Shown here: positions 9,716 to 19,060 of the stretch, piece by piece | How the letters are laid out: each line of letters begins with the position of its first letter | Numbering within the stretch: the stretch's first letter is position 1 | The notes under the pieces: model-generated | What the model saw: the letters and a program-made list of their open reading frames with translations, nothing else | Told to the model about the DNA's origin: nothing | Database searches by the model: none | Position numbers and translations under genes: made by a program | NCBI GenBank assembly: GCA_964510585.1 | Contig: CAZECW010000188.1 | Location: forward strand, 937 to 32,936 | DNA length: 32,000 bases | Reading direction: 5' to 3' | Source of the DNA: an uncultured archaeon | Lineage (GTDB): Archaea > Asgardarchaeota > Jordiarchaeia > Jordiarchaeales > Jordiarchaeaceae

Positions 9716-10036
9716 TCCTTTTTGCCTCCCTAAAAATTTTCAGTTAAAGACTTTTTGAGGGAGAAAAATGTTATTATTATATCTATTAATAATATATTAT
9801 TTATTAAAAAACTTTGCTGTCCTAAAAAATTCGAATTATAATAATTCATCTTAAAAAGGGTATTAGAAAAAGCTCGTTAAAACACCTGGTAATAGTATTA
9901 TTTCGTTCAAAATGTTCCTCGAAACGGCCCCCAGAAAACCAATAGAGTTGAAGTATTAGTCCATTTTCGTGCTTTTTTTTGAATATTTTTAATCTTTTTT
10001 TTCCTAAAAGTGAAAATTTTTTTCTAAAAAAATCCG

Positions 10037-10066
10037 TTATTGGTACCAATAAGTAAAGTATATATA
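10037..10066 (+). promoter_or_regulatory. Perfect 16-bp palindrome plus BRE/TATA of the hdr cluster promoter
   Basis: TTATTGGTACCAATAA (10037-10052) is its own reverse complement. It is followed by GTAAAG and TATATATA (10059-10066). A ribosome-binding site AAAGGAGGA lies at 10116-10124 before TTG 10135. Confidence 0.6.
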
Positions 10067-10134
10067 GAAAATATAACTAATTTATTTTATCAAGTCCGTT
10101 CATTGTCTAGTTCTCAAAGGAGGAAAAAGGGCAA

Positions 10135-10632
10135 TTGAAGACGGAAATAACAAGTATCTCAAAGGAACTCCTACAGAAGTCGATAGACGCTGAGAAACTA
10201 AGGTACTGTTACGGGTGTGGTACTTGTACAGCCAGTTGCCCTGTGGCAAAGGTGATCCCTGAGAGCTTTAACCCGAGGGGGCTGCTTCAGAAAATTTTCT
10301 TTGACTTGAGCAAAACATTAGCTGAAGATGAACTTTGGCTGTGCGCTTGGTGCTACTCATGTTATGAAAGATGCCCTCAGGGAATAAAAACTACAGAAAT
10401 TTTTCTCTTAACCAGAAACCTAGCCGTTGAGAAGGGATACTTTCCCAAGCAGCCCACCAACTTAGTAAAGCAGATTTTGAAGTCTGGACGGACACTGGAG
10501 GTGACACCGGCTCGGGATAGGAAACGAGAGGCTCTCGGACTGCCGAAGATTGGGGAAACTGTTTCAGAGAAGGCGTTGAGAGAAATTAAAATTATAACTG
10601 AGAAAAGTCCAACCTGGAGGGTAAGGGGGTGA
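10135..10632 (+). CDS. hdrC: Heterodisulfide reductase subunit C-like (copy 1)
   Basis: CYGCGTCTASCP and WLCAWCYSCYERCP give 2x[4Fe-4S]. C-terminal REALGLP. Overlaps hdrB. Confidence 0.9.
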   Translation: MKTEITSISKELLQKSIDAEKLRYCYGCGTCTASCPVAKVIPESFNPRGLLQKIFFDLSKTLAEDELWLCAWCYSCYERCPQGIKTTEIFLLTRNLAVEKGYFPKQPTNLVKQILKSGRTLEVTPARDRKREALGLPKIGETVSEKALREIKIITEKSPTWRVRG

Positions 10633-11519
10633 ATCTGGAATATTCGCTTTTTCCAGGATGTGTGTCTTCTGCCCGAGAATTTAGCTGCGAAATTTCTGCT
10701 CGGAAGGTTTTTGAAGTTTTAAATGTGGAACTCTACGATGTGGAGGATTTTACTTGTTGCATGCCTGCCTGTTTGGTACATTCCTTTGATTATGCTACTG
10801 GACTTGCACTAACTTCAAGAAATCTCTGTGTTGCCGACGAGTTTGATAGAGATATTTTGACACTTTGCGTTAGCTGTTATGGTAATCTTTGGAGAGCCAA
10901 AAAACTCATGTCTGAAAATGGAGACCTTAGACGTAGGGTGGATGAGCTCTTAGCTAGCATAGGTAGATCTTACCAAGGCAAAGTGGGCATTAAACATTCA
11001 ATCACTGCCCTATACGAAGACATAGGTCCTAAAAACCTAAAAAACCAGGTTTCTAAACCCCTTAGGGGAATCAAAGCCGCTCCTTTTTATGGTTGCCATC
11101 TTATTCGGCCTAGAGAATACTTGTTCTTTGATGATGCAGAGTTCCCCGAAAAGCTTGATGAGCTTATCAATGTTACGGGGGCTACCAGCGTCCTGCATAG
11201 GGAGAGGACAGGATGTTGCATAGGTTGTGGGAGCTTTTTTGGTGAGGTGGCGGAGGAAGCCGCCCTAAGATTAAGTGTAGATATTCTAGAGAGCGCGCTG
11301 GAGGCTAAGGCGGATTGTGTGGTTGTGACGTGCCCTTACTGTTTTCTCCAGATTGAGATGGGTCAGCTTCTTTTTAAGAGGAGGACGGGAGAATCATACA
11401 ATGTACCTGTGCTTAATTACACAGATTTGTTGGGGTTAGCGCTGGGGATTGAACCCCGAGAACTGGGAATGAATATCCATAAAATAGATCCATCTCCGCT
11501 TCTTGAAAAGATTAAGTAA
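10629..11519 (+). CDS. hdrB: Heterodisulfide reductase subunit B-like (copy 1, divergent CCG motifs)
   Basis: PGC, TCCMPAC, CVSC, YGCH, GCCIGC and CPYC form two CCG domains. Confidence 0.9.
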   Translation: MNLEYSLFPGCVSSAREFSCEISARKVFEVLNVELYDVEDFTCCMPACLVHSFDYATGLALTSRNLCVADEFDRDILTLCVSCYGNLWRAKKLMSENGDLRRRVDELLASIGRSYQGKVGIKHSITALYEDIGPKNLKNQVSKPLRGIKAAPFYGCHLIRPREYLFFDDAEFPEKLDELINVTGATSVLHRERTGCCIGCGSFFGEVAEEAALRLSVDILESALEAKADCVVVTCPYCFLQIEMGQLLFKRRTGESYNVPVLNYTDLLGLALGIEPRELGMNIHKIDPSPLLEKIK

Positions 11520-11535
11520 ATTGGGAAGAGGGAGA

Positions 11536-12876
11536 GTGATTCGTCTGGAAAAAGTTAGCTCGGTTACTGTCATTGGTGGTGGAGTTGCTGGAATACAGGC
11601 AGCATTAGAACTGGCGAATTTAGGAATGCTTGTTTATTTGGTTGAGGAAAATCCCAGTATCGGGGGGCGGATTATTGAACTTAACTGTTCTTCCTGCCGC
11701 CTTGAAGTTCCTATGGATTGTTCCATCTGTCCTGTTATACCTAAAATAGTTGAGTGCTACCACCATCCAAATATTAAGATTCTTACAAACGCCGAAATTA
11801 TGGGTATTTCTGGTTCTGCTGGAAACTTCCAGATAAATGTTTTAAAAAAGCCACGTTTCATTAATGAAGACAAATGCACTGCGTGCGGTGCCTGTACCGA
11901 AAAGTGCCCAGTTGAGATTTTTGATGCATTTAATATGGTTAAAGGAAGGAAGAAGGCTATCCACTTTCCCCTCCCTCAAGCATTTCCTCAGGTTCCAGTT
12001 ATTGATAGAGAGAATTGCTTGCATTTTAGGAGTGGAACCTGCGAAAAATGTTCAGAGGTCTGCCCTACTACGGCAATAAATTTCAATGATGAAGATATGA
12101 TAATTGGAGTTAAAAGTGAAGCTATAATTCTTGCTACGGGGCTTTCTCTTTTTGATCCAAGCGGAATAAGGGAATATGGGTACAAGAGATACAAGAATGT
12201 CATCACCATTCTTGACCTTGAACAAATGACTAGTATACACGGCCCCACGGGAGGTAAAATTGTTAGGATTTCAGACAAAAAAGAGCCAAAAAGTATAGCC
12301 TTCATTCAATGCGTGGGGTCAAGAAGCAGAAGGACAAATAACAATTTCTGCTCTGGAGTATGTTGCATGTACACTGCTAAGGACGCTGCCCTAGTAAAAA
12401 TTTTAAAACCGGAAACAGAAGTGTATGTTTTCTACATTGATCTCCGAGTCTTTGGGAAAGGTTACCAAGAACTTTTCAACAAAGTTAGAAACAGTCTAGG
12501 TGTGAAATATATTAGGGGCCGTCCAGGGGGAATATGGGAAGACCCGAAAACAAGGGACCTTATTATTAGTTTTGAAAACACGCTCACCCAGAGGGTGGAG
12601 AAGTTGAGGGTGGATATGGTGGTTTTATCTCCTGCCTTACTGCCTCATCCTAATAATAGGAAACTGGCTGAATTTTTAGGCCTGGAACTAGATGAACATG
12701 GTTTCTTTAAAAGTCCAAATCCAGTGTCGCAACCTTTTGACACCACCATAAAAGGCGTTTTTACCTGTGGTTACTGTAGGGGACCCAGAGGAATATCTGA
12801 ATCTGCCACTCAAGCTAGTGCCGCCGCGGGAAGGGTTACTGAAACCATTACTTTAGCAAAAATGGGGAGAAATTAA
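11536..12876 (+). CDS. hdrA: HdrA-like flavoprotein half lacking N- and C-terminal domains (FAD plus inserted ferredoxin)
   Basis: IGGGVAG, CTACGACTEKCP, CEKCSEVCP and QCVGSR..FCSGVCC. The ORF opens at TTG 11503; GTG 11536 after GAGGGAG is preferred. Confidence 0.88.
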   Translation: MIRLEKVSSVTVIGGGVAGIQAALELANLGMLVYLVEENPSIGGRIIELNCSSCRLEVPMDCSICPVIPKIVECYHHPNIKILTNAEIMGISGSAGNFQINVLKKPRFINEDKCTACGACTEKCPVEIFDAFNMVKGRKKAIHFPLPQAFPQVPVIDRENCLHFRSGTCEKCSEVCPTTAINFNDEDMIIGVKSEAIILATGLSLFDPSGIREYGYKRYKNVITILDLEQMTSIHGPTGGKIVRISDKKEPKSIAFIQCVGSRSRRTNNNFCSGVCCMYTAKDAALVKILKPETEVYVFYIDLRVFGKGYQELFNKVRNSLGVKYIRGRPGGIWEDPKTRDLIISFENTLTQRVEKLRVDMVVLSPALLPHPNNRKLAEFLGLELDEHGFFKSPNPVSQPFDTTIKGVFTCGYCRGPRGISESATQASAAAGRVTETITLAKMGRN

Positions 12877-12878
12877 GC

Positions 12879-14573
12879 ATGAGTGAAGCTAACCTGAACC
12901 AAGAGCCGAGAATTGGAATATTCCTATGCGATTGCGGAACAAATATCAGTAGCATCATTGATGTTCCTCAAGTCATTGAAGCTTCAAAAGGGATATCTGG
13001 GGTTAAATTTGTGGAGAGAGATAGCTCACTCTGCTCCAGCGCTGGAACAAAAAAGATAAGGGAAACTATAGAGAGGAGCGGCGTAGACCGAGTTGTCTTC
13101 GCAGGTTGCTCACCCAAAAACTATGGTTCACTTTTCGAATCTGTTTGTCAAAAAGCAGGGATAAACAGGTATCTTGTTGCCTTTGCAAACATCAGGGAGC
13201 AGTGCGCCTGGGCACATCAGGACAGGCCAAAGGAAGCCACCATAAAGGCTATTAATACTGTGCAAATGGCCGCGGCGAGACTTCAAAAATCGGAGCCCCT
13301 GCAAGAATTGGAAATAGAGGTACACCCCTCCACACTGATTATTGGAGGTGGCATATCGGGGATGACCGCAGCCCTCTGCTTAGCCAATCAGGGCTTCAGC
13401 GTACTATTAGTGGAGAGGGAGCCCGACATTGGTGGCATGTTAAACAAACTTTATAAATTGTATCTTACCAATCAGGAAGTTTCAGAAATTCTGAATCCAG
13501 TTATCCAGTCGGTGAGAAACCATAAAAACATCAGAATCCTCACATCGGCATCTGTAAGGGAGGTAGAAGGATACTTCGGTGACTTTGAAGTTACAATTTC
13601 TGTTAATGGGGGAACCGAAAAATTTAGGGCGGGAACCATAATTCTGGCAACTGGAGCAGGGACATTTGAACCATTTGGAATGTACGGTTATGGGAAACAT
13701 GAGGGAGTTGTTACCCAGCTTGAATTGGAGCAAATTCTAAAACAAGGGAAGCTGAAACATTTAGAAAAAGTGGTTATGATACAATGCGTGGGAGCCCGGG
13801 AAGAAAAGGGATTAACCTACTGTTCCCGAATATGCTGTATGGTTGCAATTAAAAACGCCACTCTGATAAAGAAATTGTATCCCGACTGTGAGGTTTACAT
13901 CATTTACCGCGATCTGCAAACCTACGGTAAGGAGAACGAGGAGTACCAGTCAAAGGCAAGAGAGCTGGGAATAAGATTTATAGAATATACTCCGGAGCGC
14001 CGCCCAGAAGTATTCCCCAACGGAAATGGAAAAGTAGGGGTGAGAGTTTATCACGCTTTGTTGGGAGAAACCTTAACCATTAATAGTGATTTGGTTGTCC
14101 TATCCACTCCGCTCATCCCCAACGCGGATGGAAAAGAAATTGCAAAAATTCTCAAAGTCCCTTTGGGCCCCGATGGCTTCTTCAAAGAAGCTTATATGGA
14201 AATGCGATCAACAGCCTTCGGTGTTAATGGCATCTATGTCTGTGGAACTGCCCAGGGACCCAAAAGTATTGATGAGAGTATAACCCAAGCATACGCCGCA
14301 GCCGCTCTAGCAGCAATCCCCATGCAACAGAAAAAAGTGAAGATACCAGCCATGACCGCTGAGGTTAATGAAGAGTTATGCATTGGATGCCAACTCTGCC
14401 TGGATCTTTGCCCAGTCCACGCCATCACCTTTGCGGAAGGAAAATCCATGGTAATAGAAGCCATATGCCGAGGTTGCGGTACATGCGCCGCTGCTTGTCC
14501 CTCCAAAGCAATAGCCGTGAAGGGCTTCAAGGATGAACAGATACTTGCGGAGGTGGAGGCAGCCCTTAAATAA
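12879..14573 (+). CDS. hdrA: HdrA-like flavoprotein half (N-terminal cluster domain, FAD, C-terminal ferredoxin; no inserted ferredoxin)
   Basis: LCDCG..GCSP..NIREQCAW, IGGGISG, QCVGAR..YCSRICC, CIGCQLCLDLCP and CRGCGTCAAACP. Confidence 0.9.
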   Translation: MSEANLNQEPRIGIFLCDCGTNISSIIDVPQVIEASKGISGVKFVERDSSLCSSAGTKKIRETIERSGVDRVVFAGCSPKNYGSLFESVCQKAGINRYLVAFANIREQCAWAHQDRPKEATIKAINTVQMAAARLQKSEPLQELEIEVHPSTLIIGGGISGMTAALCLANQGFSVLLVEREPDIGGMLNKLYKLYLTNQEVSEILNPVIQSVRNHKNIRILTSASVREVEGYFGDFEVTISVNGGTEKFRAGTIILATGAGTFEPFGMYGYGKHEGVVTQLELEQILKQGKLKHLEKVVMIQCVGAREEKGLTYCSRICCMVAIKNATLIKKLYPDCEVYIIYRDLQTYGKENEEYQSKARELGIRFIEYTPERRPEVFPNGNGKVGVRVYHALLGETLTINSDLVVLSTPLIPNADGKEIAKILKVPLGPDGFFKEAYMEMRSTAFGVNGIYVCGTAQGPKSIDESITQAYAAAALAAIPMQQKKVKIPAMTAEVNEELCIGCQLCLDLCPVHAITFAEGKSMVIEAICRGCGTCAAACPSKAIAVKGFKDEQILAEVEAALK

Positions 14574-14596
14574 GGATTAAGAAGAGGTTAGCAAAA

Positions 14597-15025
14597 ATGG
14601 AGGAAGGAGAGGAAACAAGGAAGTTTGAGCCCAAAATATTAGCTTTTACCTGCAATTGGAGCAGTTACTCCAGTGCTGACCAGGCGGGAATAAGCAGAAC
14701 ATTTTATCCGCCCAATGTTCAGATAATTAGAGTTATGTGTGCTGGTCGAGTGGATCCACTATTTGTGGTGAAGGCTTTCTTAAATGGGGCTGATGGGGTG
14801 ATCATTGCTGGATGCCACCCTAACTATTGTCGATATAGTGGGGGAAATAGACAAGCAGAAATCAGAGTCAAATTTTTGAAAATGCTCATGGAAGAGATTG
14901 GTGTTGACCCGGCGCGGCTGCGGATAGAATGGATATCTGCTATGGAGGGTGGAAGATTCGCACAGGTAGTTCAGGAAATGGTTGGAGAACTTAAAAAGAT
15001 GGGACCATTACTTTTAAGAAAATAA
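14597..15025 (+). CDS. mvhD: MvhD-like [2Fe-2S] adaptor (copy 1)
   Basis: FTCNWSSY, RVMCAGRVD, GADGVIIAGCHPNYC and RLRIEWISAMEG. Confidence 0.92.
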   Translation: MEEGEETRKFEPKILAFTCNWSSYSSADQAGISRTFYPPNVQIIRVMCAGRVDPLFVVKAFLNGADGVIIAGCHPNYCRYSGGNRQAEIRVKFLKMLMEEIGVDPARLRIEWISAMEGGRFAQVVQEMVGELKKMGPLLLRK

Positions 15026-15040
15026 TGGGAGGTAGACTGC

Positions 15041-16342
15041 TTGGATGGGAAAGAGGGTGTTCTAATAATAGGTGGAGGCATAGCGGGAATCCAGGCCGCA
15101 CTAGATGTAGCCGATCAGGGAGTAAAAGCCTATGTAGTTGAAAGTACGCCCAGTGTGGGTGGACATATGGCTATGTTGGATAAGACTTTCCCCACACTTG
15201 ACTGCTCAGCTTGTATCCTCACTCCAAAAATGGTGGATGTGGGCAGGCATCCCAATGTTGAGCTTCTAACTTATTCCGAGGTAAGAAAAGTTAAGAGGGA
15301 GGGTAGAGGTTTTGAAGTAGAGATTGTGAAGAAGCCGAGATACGTTGACATATCCAAGTGTACGGGGTGCGGGGTGTGTGCTAGATACTGCCCAGTAGAA
15401 GTTTCTGACGATTTCAATGCAGGAATGGATGTTCGGAAGGCGATTTATGTGCCTTTCCCCCAGGCAGTTCCACTAAAATACACTATAGATGAAGAGCATT
15501 GTATTAGGTGTGAGCTCTGTAAAAGGATATGTGAATCCATAGGGGCTGGAGCGGTAAACTTTGATCAGGTGGCTGAGGAGGTTAACCTCAATGTGGGGGC
15601 GATTATTATTGCGACTGGCTATAAACCTTTTGACGTTAGACAAAAGAAGGCGTATGGCTACGGAAAATATCCGAACGTTTTAACGGCCTTGGAGCTTGAG
15701 AGATTACTCTCCGCCGCCGGACCAACTGCTGGACATATTTTGAGACGCTCAGATGGCTGTATACCTAAGAGGGTTGCTTTTGTTCAGTGTGTAGGTTCAA
15801 GAGACTCACACCACGGCTATCCATACTGCTCCAGAGTCTGTTGCATGTATGCCATAAAGGACAGTATACTGCTAAAAGAGCATATACCTGATGTTGATGT
15901 TACCATCTTTTACATGGATATTAGAACCTATGGTAAAGGCTTTGAAGAACTATATCAGAGGGCGAAGGAGGAGTTCAAGGTTCGATTCAGGCGGGGAAGG
16001 GTGGCAAGAATTTACGAGATTCCTGAAACCCACAACCTGGTAGTGAGGGTTGAAGACACTGAGACCGGAGAGATTTTACAGGAAGAATTTGAAATGGTGG
16101 TTCTTTCTGTGGGTTTAGCACCAGCAGACGGAATAGCAGAGCTGAGCAAAATTCTGGAAGTGCCTCTGGACGAGTATGGTTACATAGAGGGAGCAGATGC
16201 AAAGATTGATACTGTTTCAACAAAAGTTCCGGGTGTTTTTGTAGCGGGAACAGCTTTGAGTCCCAAGGATGTCCCAGATAGTGTATCTGAAGCCAGCGCG
16301 GCGGCTATGAAGGCGGTAACGTTCCTGAGAGGGAGGAAGTAG
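15041..16342 (+). CDS. hdrA: HdrA-like flavoprotein half lacking N- and C-terminal domains
   Basis: [43 protein letters not shown] and QCVGSR..YCSRVCC. TTG start with GGAGGT at 15028-15033. Confidence 0.92.
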   Translation: MDGKEGVLIIGGGIAGIQAALDVADQGVKAYVVESTPSVGGHMAMLDKTFPTLDCSACILTPKMVDVGRHPNVELLTYSEVRKVKREGRGFEVEIVKKPRYVDISKCTGCGVCARYCPVEVSDDFNAGMDVRKAIYVPFPQAVPLKYTIDEEHCIRCELCKRICESIGAGAVNFDQVAEEVNLNVGAIIIATGYKPFDVRQKKAYGYGKYPNVLTALELERLLSAAGPTAGHILRRSDGCIPKRVAFVQCVGSRDSHHGYPYCSRVCCMYAIKDSILLKEHIPDVDVTIFYMDIRTYGKGFEELYQRAKEEFKVRFRRGRVARIYEIPETHNLVVRVEDTETGEILQEEFEMVVLSVGLAPADGIAELSKILEVPLDEYGYIEGADAKIDTVSTKVPGVFVAGTALSPKDVPDSVSEASAAAMKAVTFLRGRK

Positions 16343-16343
16343 T

Positions 16344-18293
16344 ATGGAGGAAGAATTACGTGTTGGGTGTTACATTTGCCATTGTGGACTTAACATTGCA
16401 GGAGTAATTGATGTGGAAAAGGTGGCGGAAGCCACGGGAAAACTTCCGAACGTAGTGATTGCGAGGCACTACGTTTACATGTGTTCGGAGCCCGGTCAGG
16501 AACTAATAAAAAAGGATATCAAAGACTACAATTTGAACAGGGTTGTAGTGGCTTCCTGCTCTCCCCAAATGCATGAATCCACATTCCGCTCCGTTGTGGA
16601 GGAGGCTGGTTTAAACCGGTATCTTTTCGAAATGGCTAATCTTCGAGAGCAATGTTCATGGGCCCATGCAAATAATCCCGTGAAGGCCACTGAGAAGGCG
16701 AAGGACATATTGAGAATGGCTGTTGCTAAGGTTCGCCTGCTTCAACCCTTAGAGAAGAGGGAGGTTCAGGTTAAACCCGCAACTCTGATTGTGGGTGGAG
16801 GAATAACTGGAATCCAAGCAGCTTTGGAATTGGCTAATAGGGGATTTTCCACTTATCTTGTTGAGAAGTTACCTTACCTTGGGGGAAGAGTGGCTCAGTT
16901 AAACAGGGTAATTTTAACCAATGAGAGAGCCTCAGAAATTTTAAAACCAATGTTAAACGCTTTAACAGGGAATCCGAACATTGAAGTGTTCACCAACACC
17001 GAAATTGAGGAAATAGGTGGCTACATTGGCAACTTTGAAATAAAGCTGAAGATAGGACCCCGTTTCGTTAACCAGAAATGCAACTTGTGCGGGAAATGCC
17101 TGGAGGTGTGCCCCGTAGAGGTACCAGACGAATTTAACTTTGGATTAAACAACAGAAAGGCCATATATATTCCCCACAGTGACTCTGTGCCCAGAATTCC
17201 TACTATTGATGGGGCTAACTGTACACGCTGTGGGGAGTGCATCAAGGTCTGCGAGCAAAATGCTATTTCTTTGGACAGCGAACCACAAAACAAAAACATT
17301 TCGGTGGGAACAATTATTCTCGCCACCGGCTATGATCCCTATTTGCCCCAAGGCGAGTATGGCTTTGGAGAGTATGAAGATGTAATAACTCAGTTCCAAC
17401 TGGAAAGAATGCTCAGCAACAATGGTCCCACCAATGGGCGGTTAGTAAAACCTTCCAATGGAAAGGTGCCTAGAAACGTAGTTTTTATTCTGTGTGTGGG
17501 TTCCAGAAATCCCCATAGGCAATATTGCTCCAGAGTTTGCTGCTCTGTGGCATTAAAAAACGCTATGCTCATCAAAAAAGAGTATCCTGAAACGCAGGTC
17601 TCCATTCTTTACCGAGATATCAGAAGCTTTGGTAAAGGACAGGAAGAACTTTATGGAGAGGCGCGACTAGCGGGCATAAACTTTTTCAGGTATTCACCAG
17701 ATAACCCCCCAAAGGTTTCCAGACTAGATAACTCGCAGATTCAGGTGGAGGTCTATGAATCCATACTGGGAATGAACATTGAGATTCCCGCGGATCTCCT
17801 AATTCTTGCTGAGGCTATGACTCCCCGAAAGGACTCCGCGGAGTTAGGTTCAAAAGTGGGGGTCACGCGTACACCAGATGGCTTTTTCCGTGAGGCGCAC
17901 CCTAAGCTCAAGCCCCTCGACACAAATTCTGAAGGAATATACCTTGCTGGCGCCGCCCAGTTCCCCAAAGATATCACCGAGTGTATAGTTCAAACATGCG
18001 GGGCAGCTGCGAGGGCCTCAATTCCTATGTCTAAGGGTAAAGTGGACGTGGAGCCCATAGTAGCCTCGGTGAACGAAGATCTTTGTATCGAGTGCGGAAC
18101 CTGCCAGAGTATATGTCCTTATGGAGCAATAAAGAAGGGTGAGAATGGAAAAGCGCAAGTCACAGAGATTTTATGTAAGGGTTGTGGTTCCTGCGCCGCA
18201 AGCTGCCCAGCAAGGGCCATTACAATATTTCATTTTACAGATGAGCAAATCCTAGCTCAATCACTCGCCGCATTAGGGAGGGGAGAACCATGA
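16344..18293 (+). CDS. hdrA: Near full-length HdrA lacking the DCxxC motif
   Basis: ICHCG..MCS..ASCSP..NLREQCSW, VGGGITG, inserted ferredoxin (CNLCGKCLEVCP, CTRCGECIKVC), YCSRVCC, and C-terminal CIECGTCQSICP and CKGCGSCAASCP. Confidence 0.93.
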   Translation: MEEELRVGCYICHCGLNIAGVIDVEKVAEATGKLPNVVIARHYVYMCSEPGQELIKKDIKDYNLNRVVVASCSPQMHESTFRSVVEEAGLNRYLFEMANLREQCSWAHANNPVKATEKAKDILRMAVAKVRLLQPLEKREVQVKPATLIVGGGITGIQAALELANRGFSTYLVEKLPYLGGRVAQLNRVILTNERASEILKPMLNALTGNPNIEVFTNTEIEEIGGYIGNFEIKLKIGPRFVNQKCNLCGKCLEVCPVEVPDEFNFGLNNRKAIYIPHSDSVPRIPTIDGANCTRCGECIKVCEQNAISLDSEPQNKNISVGTIILATGYDPYLPQGEYGFGEYEDVITQFQLERMLSNNGPTNGRLVKPSNGKVPRNVVFILCVGSRNPHRQYCSRVCCSVALKNAMLIKKEYPETQVSILYRDIRSFGKGQEELYGEARLAGINFFRYSPDNPPKVSRLDNSQIQVEVYESILGMNIEIPADLLILAEAMTPRKDSAELGSKVGVTRTPDGFFREAHPKLKPLDTNSEGIYLAGAAQFPKDITECIVQTCGAAARASIPMSKGKVDVEPIVASVNEDLCIECGTCQSICPYGAIKKGENGKAQVTEILCKGCGSCAASCPARAITIFHFTDEQILAQSLAALGRGEP

Positions 18294-19060
18294 GTTATGA
18301 GCCAAGAATAGTTGGGTTTTTGTGCAATTGGTGTGCCTACTCAGCCGCAGACTTAGCTGGCATGAGTAGAATTAGTTACCCTCCAACCATACGTATTGTG
18401 AGGTTGATGTGTAGTGGCAGAATTGACCCAGTAATCATAGTGGACACTCTCGCTAATGGCGCCGATGGAGTTTTAATTGCAGGATGCCTTCCGGGTGATT
18501 GCCACTACGTGGAGGGCAACCTCAACGCAGAAGTTAGAATAAAGATTTTGAAAAATTTGATAGCCAAAACTGGATTGGAGCCAGAAAGATTACGTCTGGA
18601 ATGGATCCCAGCTTCGGGTGGAACTCTTTTTGCAGAGGTCGTCAAAGACTTCACAAACCAGTTAACCTCCTTGGGCCCATCACCTCTAGCTGGAGAGAAC
18701 CCGGACAAAAACATACTAGAACTATTGGCAGTGGTCAGGGACACTGTTGCCGATGTACGTTTACGAGAACTGGTAGGCAAGAAGAGACAAATTACTGAGA
18801 AAGGAAACGTATACGGAGAAGTGATATCTAAGGAAGAGTTTGAGAAGAGACTAACTGATTACATTGATGACGAATTTGACCGACATAAAATACTCCGTAT
18901 GGTAAAAGAACGCTCCCTATCAGTTAGGGAGCTATCTGAAAGACTGAATCTGAGCCCCCAAAGGGTGTTGCGCCACATTGCAGCTATGCGTCGGAAAAAC
19001 CTGGTGGCAGTTGAAAGAATTGAGGGAGTGTCCCCTCTATACACGGCTTTGGAGGTGTGA
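18290..19060 (+). CDS. mvhD: MvhD-like [2Fe-2S] domain fused to a helical linker and winged helix-turn-helix
   Basis: The N-terminal ~135 aa carry FLCNWCAY, RLMCSGRID and GCLPGDCHY. The C-terminus ILRMVKERSLSVRELSERLNLSPQRVLRHIAAMRRKNLV has the ArsR/MarR-like wHTH pattern. Confidence 0.88.
   Translation: MSYEPRIVGFLCNWCAYSAADLAGMSRISYPPTIRIVRLMCSGRIDPVIIVDTLANGADGVLIAGCLPGDCHYVEGNLNAEVRIKILKNLIAKTGLEPERLRLEWIPASGGTLFAEVVKDFTNQLTSLGPSPLAGENPDKNILELLAVVRDTVADVRLRELVGKKRQITEKGNVYGEVISKEEFEKRLTDYIDDEFDRHKILRMVKERSLSVRELSERLNLSPQRVLRHIAAMRRKNLVAVERIEGVSPLYTALEV

Noticed and set aside
10011-10024. TGAAAA-T7-C as a second copy of the 27459 palindrome
   Set aside because: The spacing differs by 2 nt and the match is low-complexity AT sequence.
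12874-12881. Stop readthrough or programmed frameshift joining the split hdrA halves (also at 16340-16346)
   Set aside because: The downstream halves are out of frame and start at their own ATG 1-2 nt after the stop, with no slippery site seen. Ordinary translational coupling explains the arrangement.
14597-15025. MvhD copy 1 as a clusterless variant (CNWS in place of CNWC)
   Set aside because: As I recall, the replaced Cys is not one of the four [2Fe-2S] ligands, and the four ligand positions are retained.
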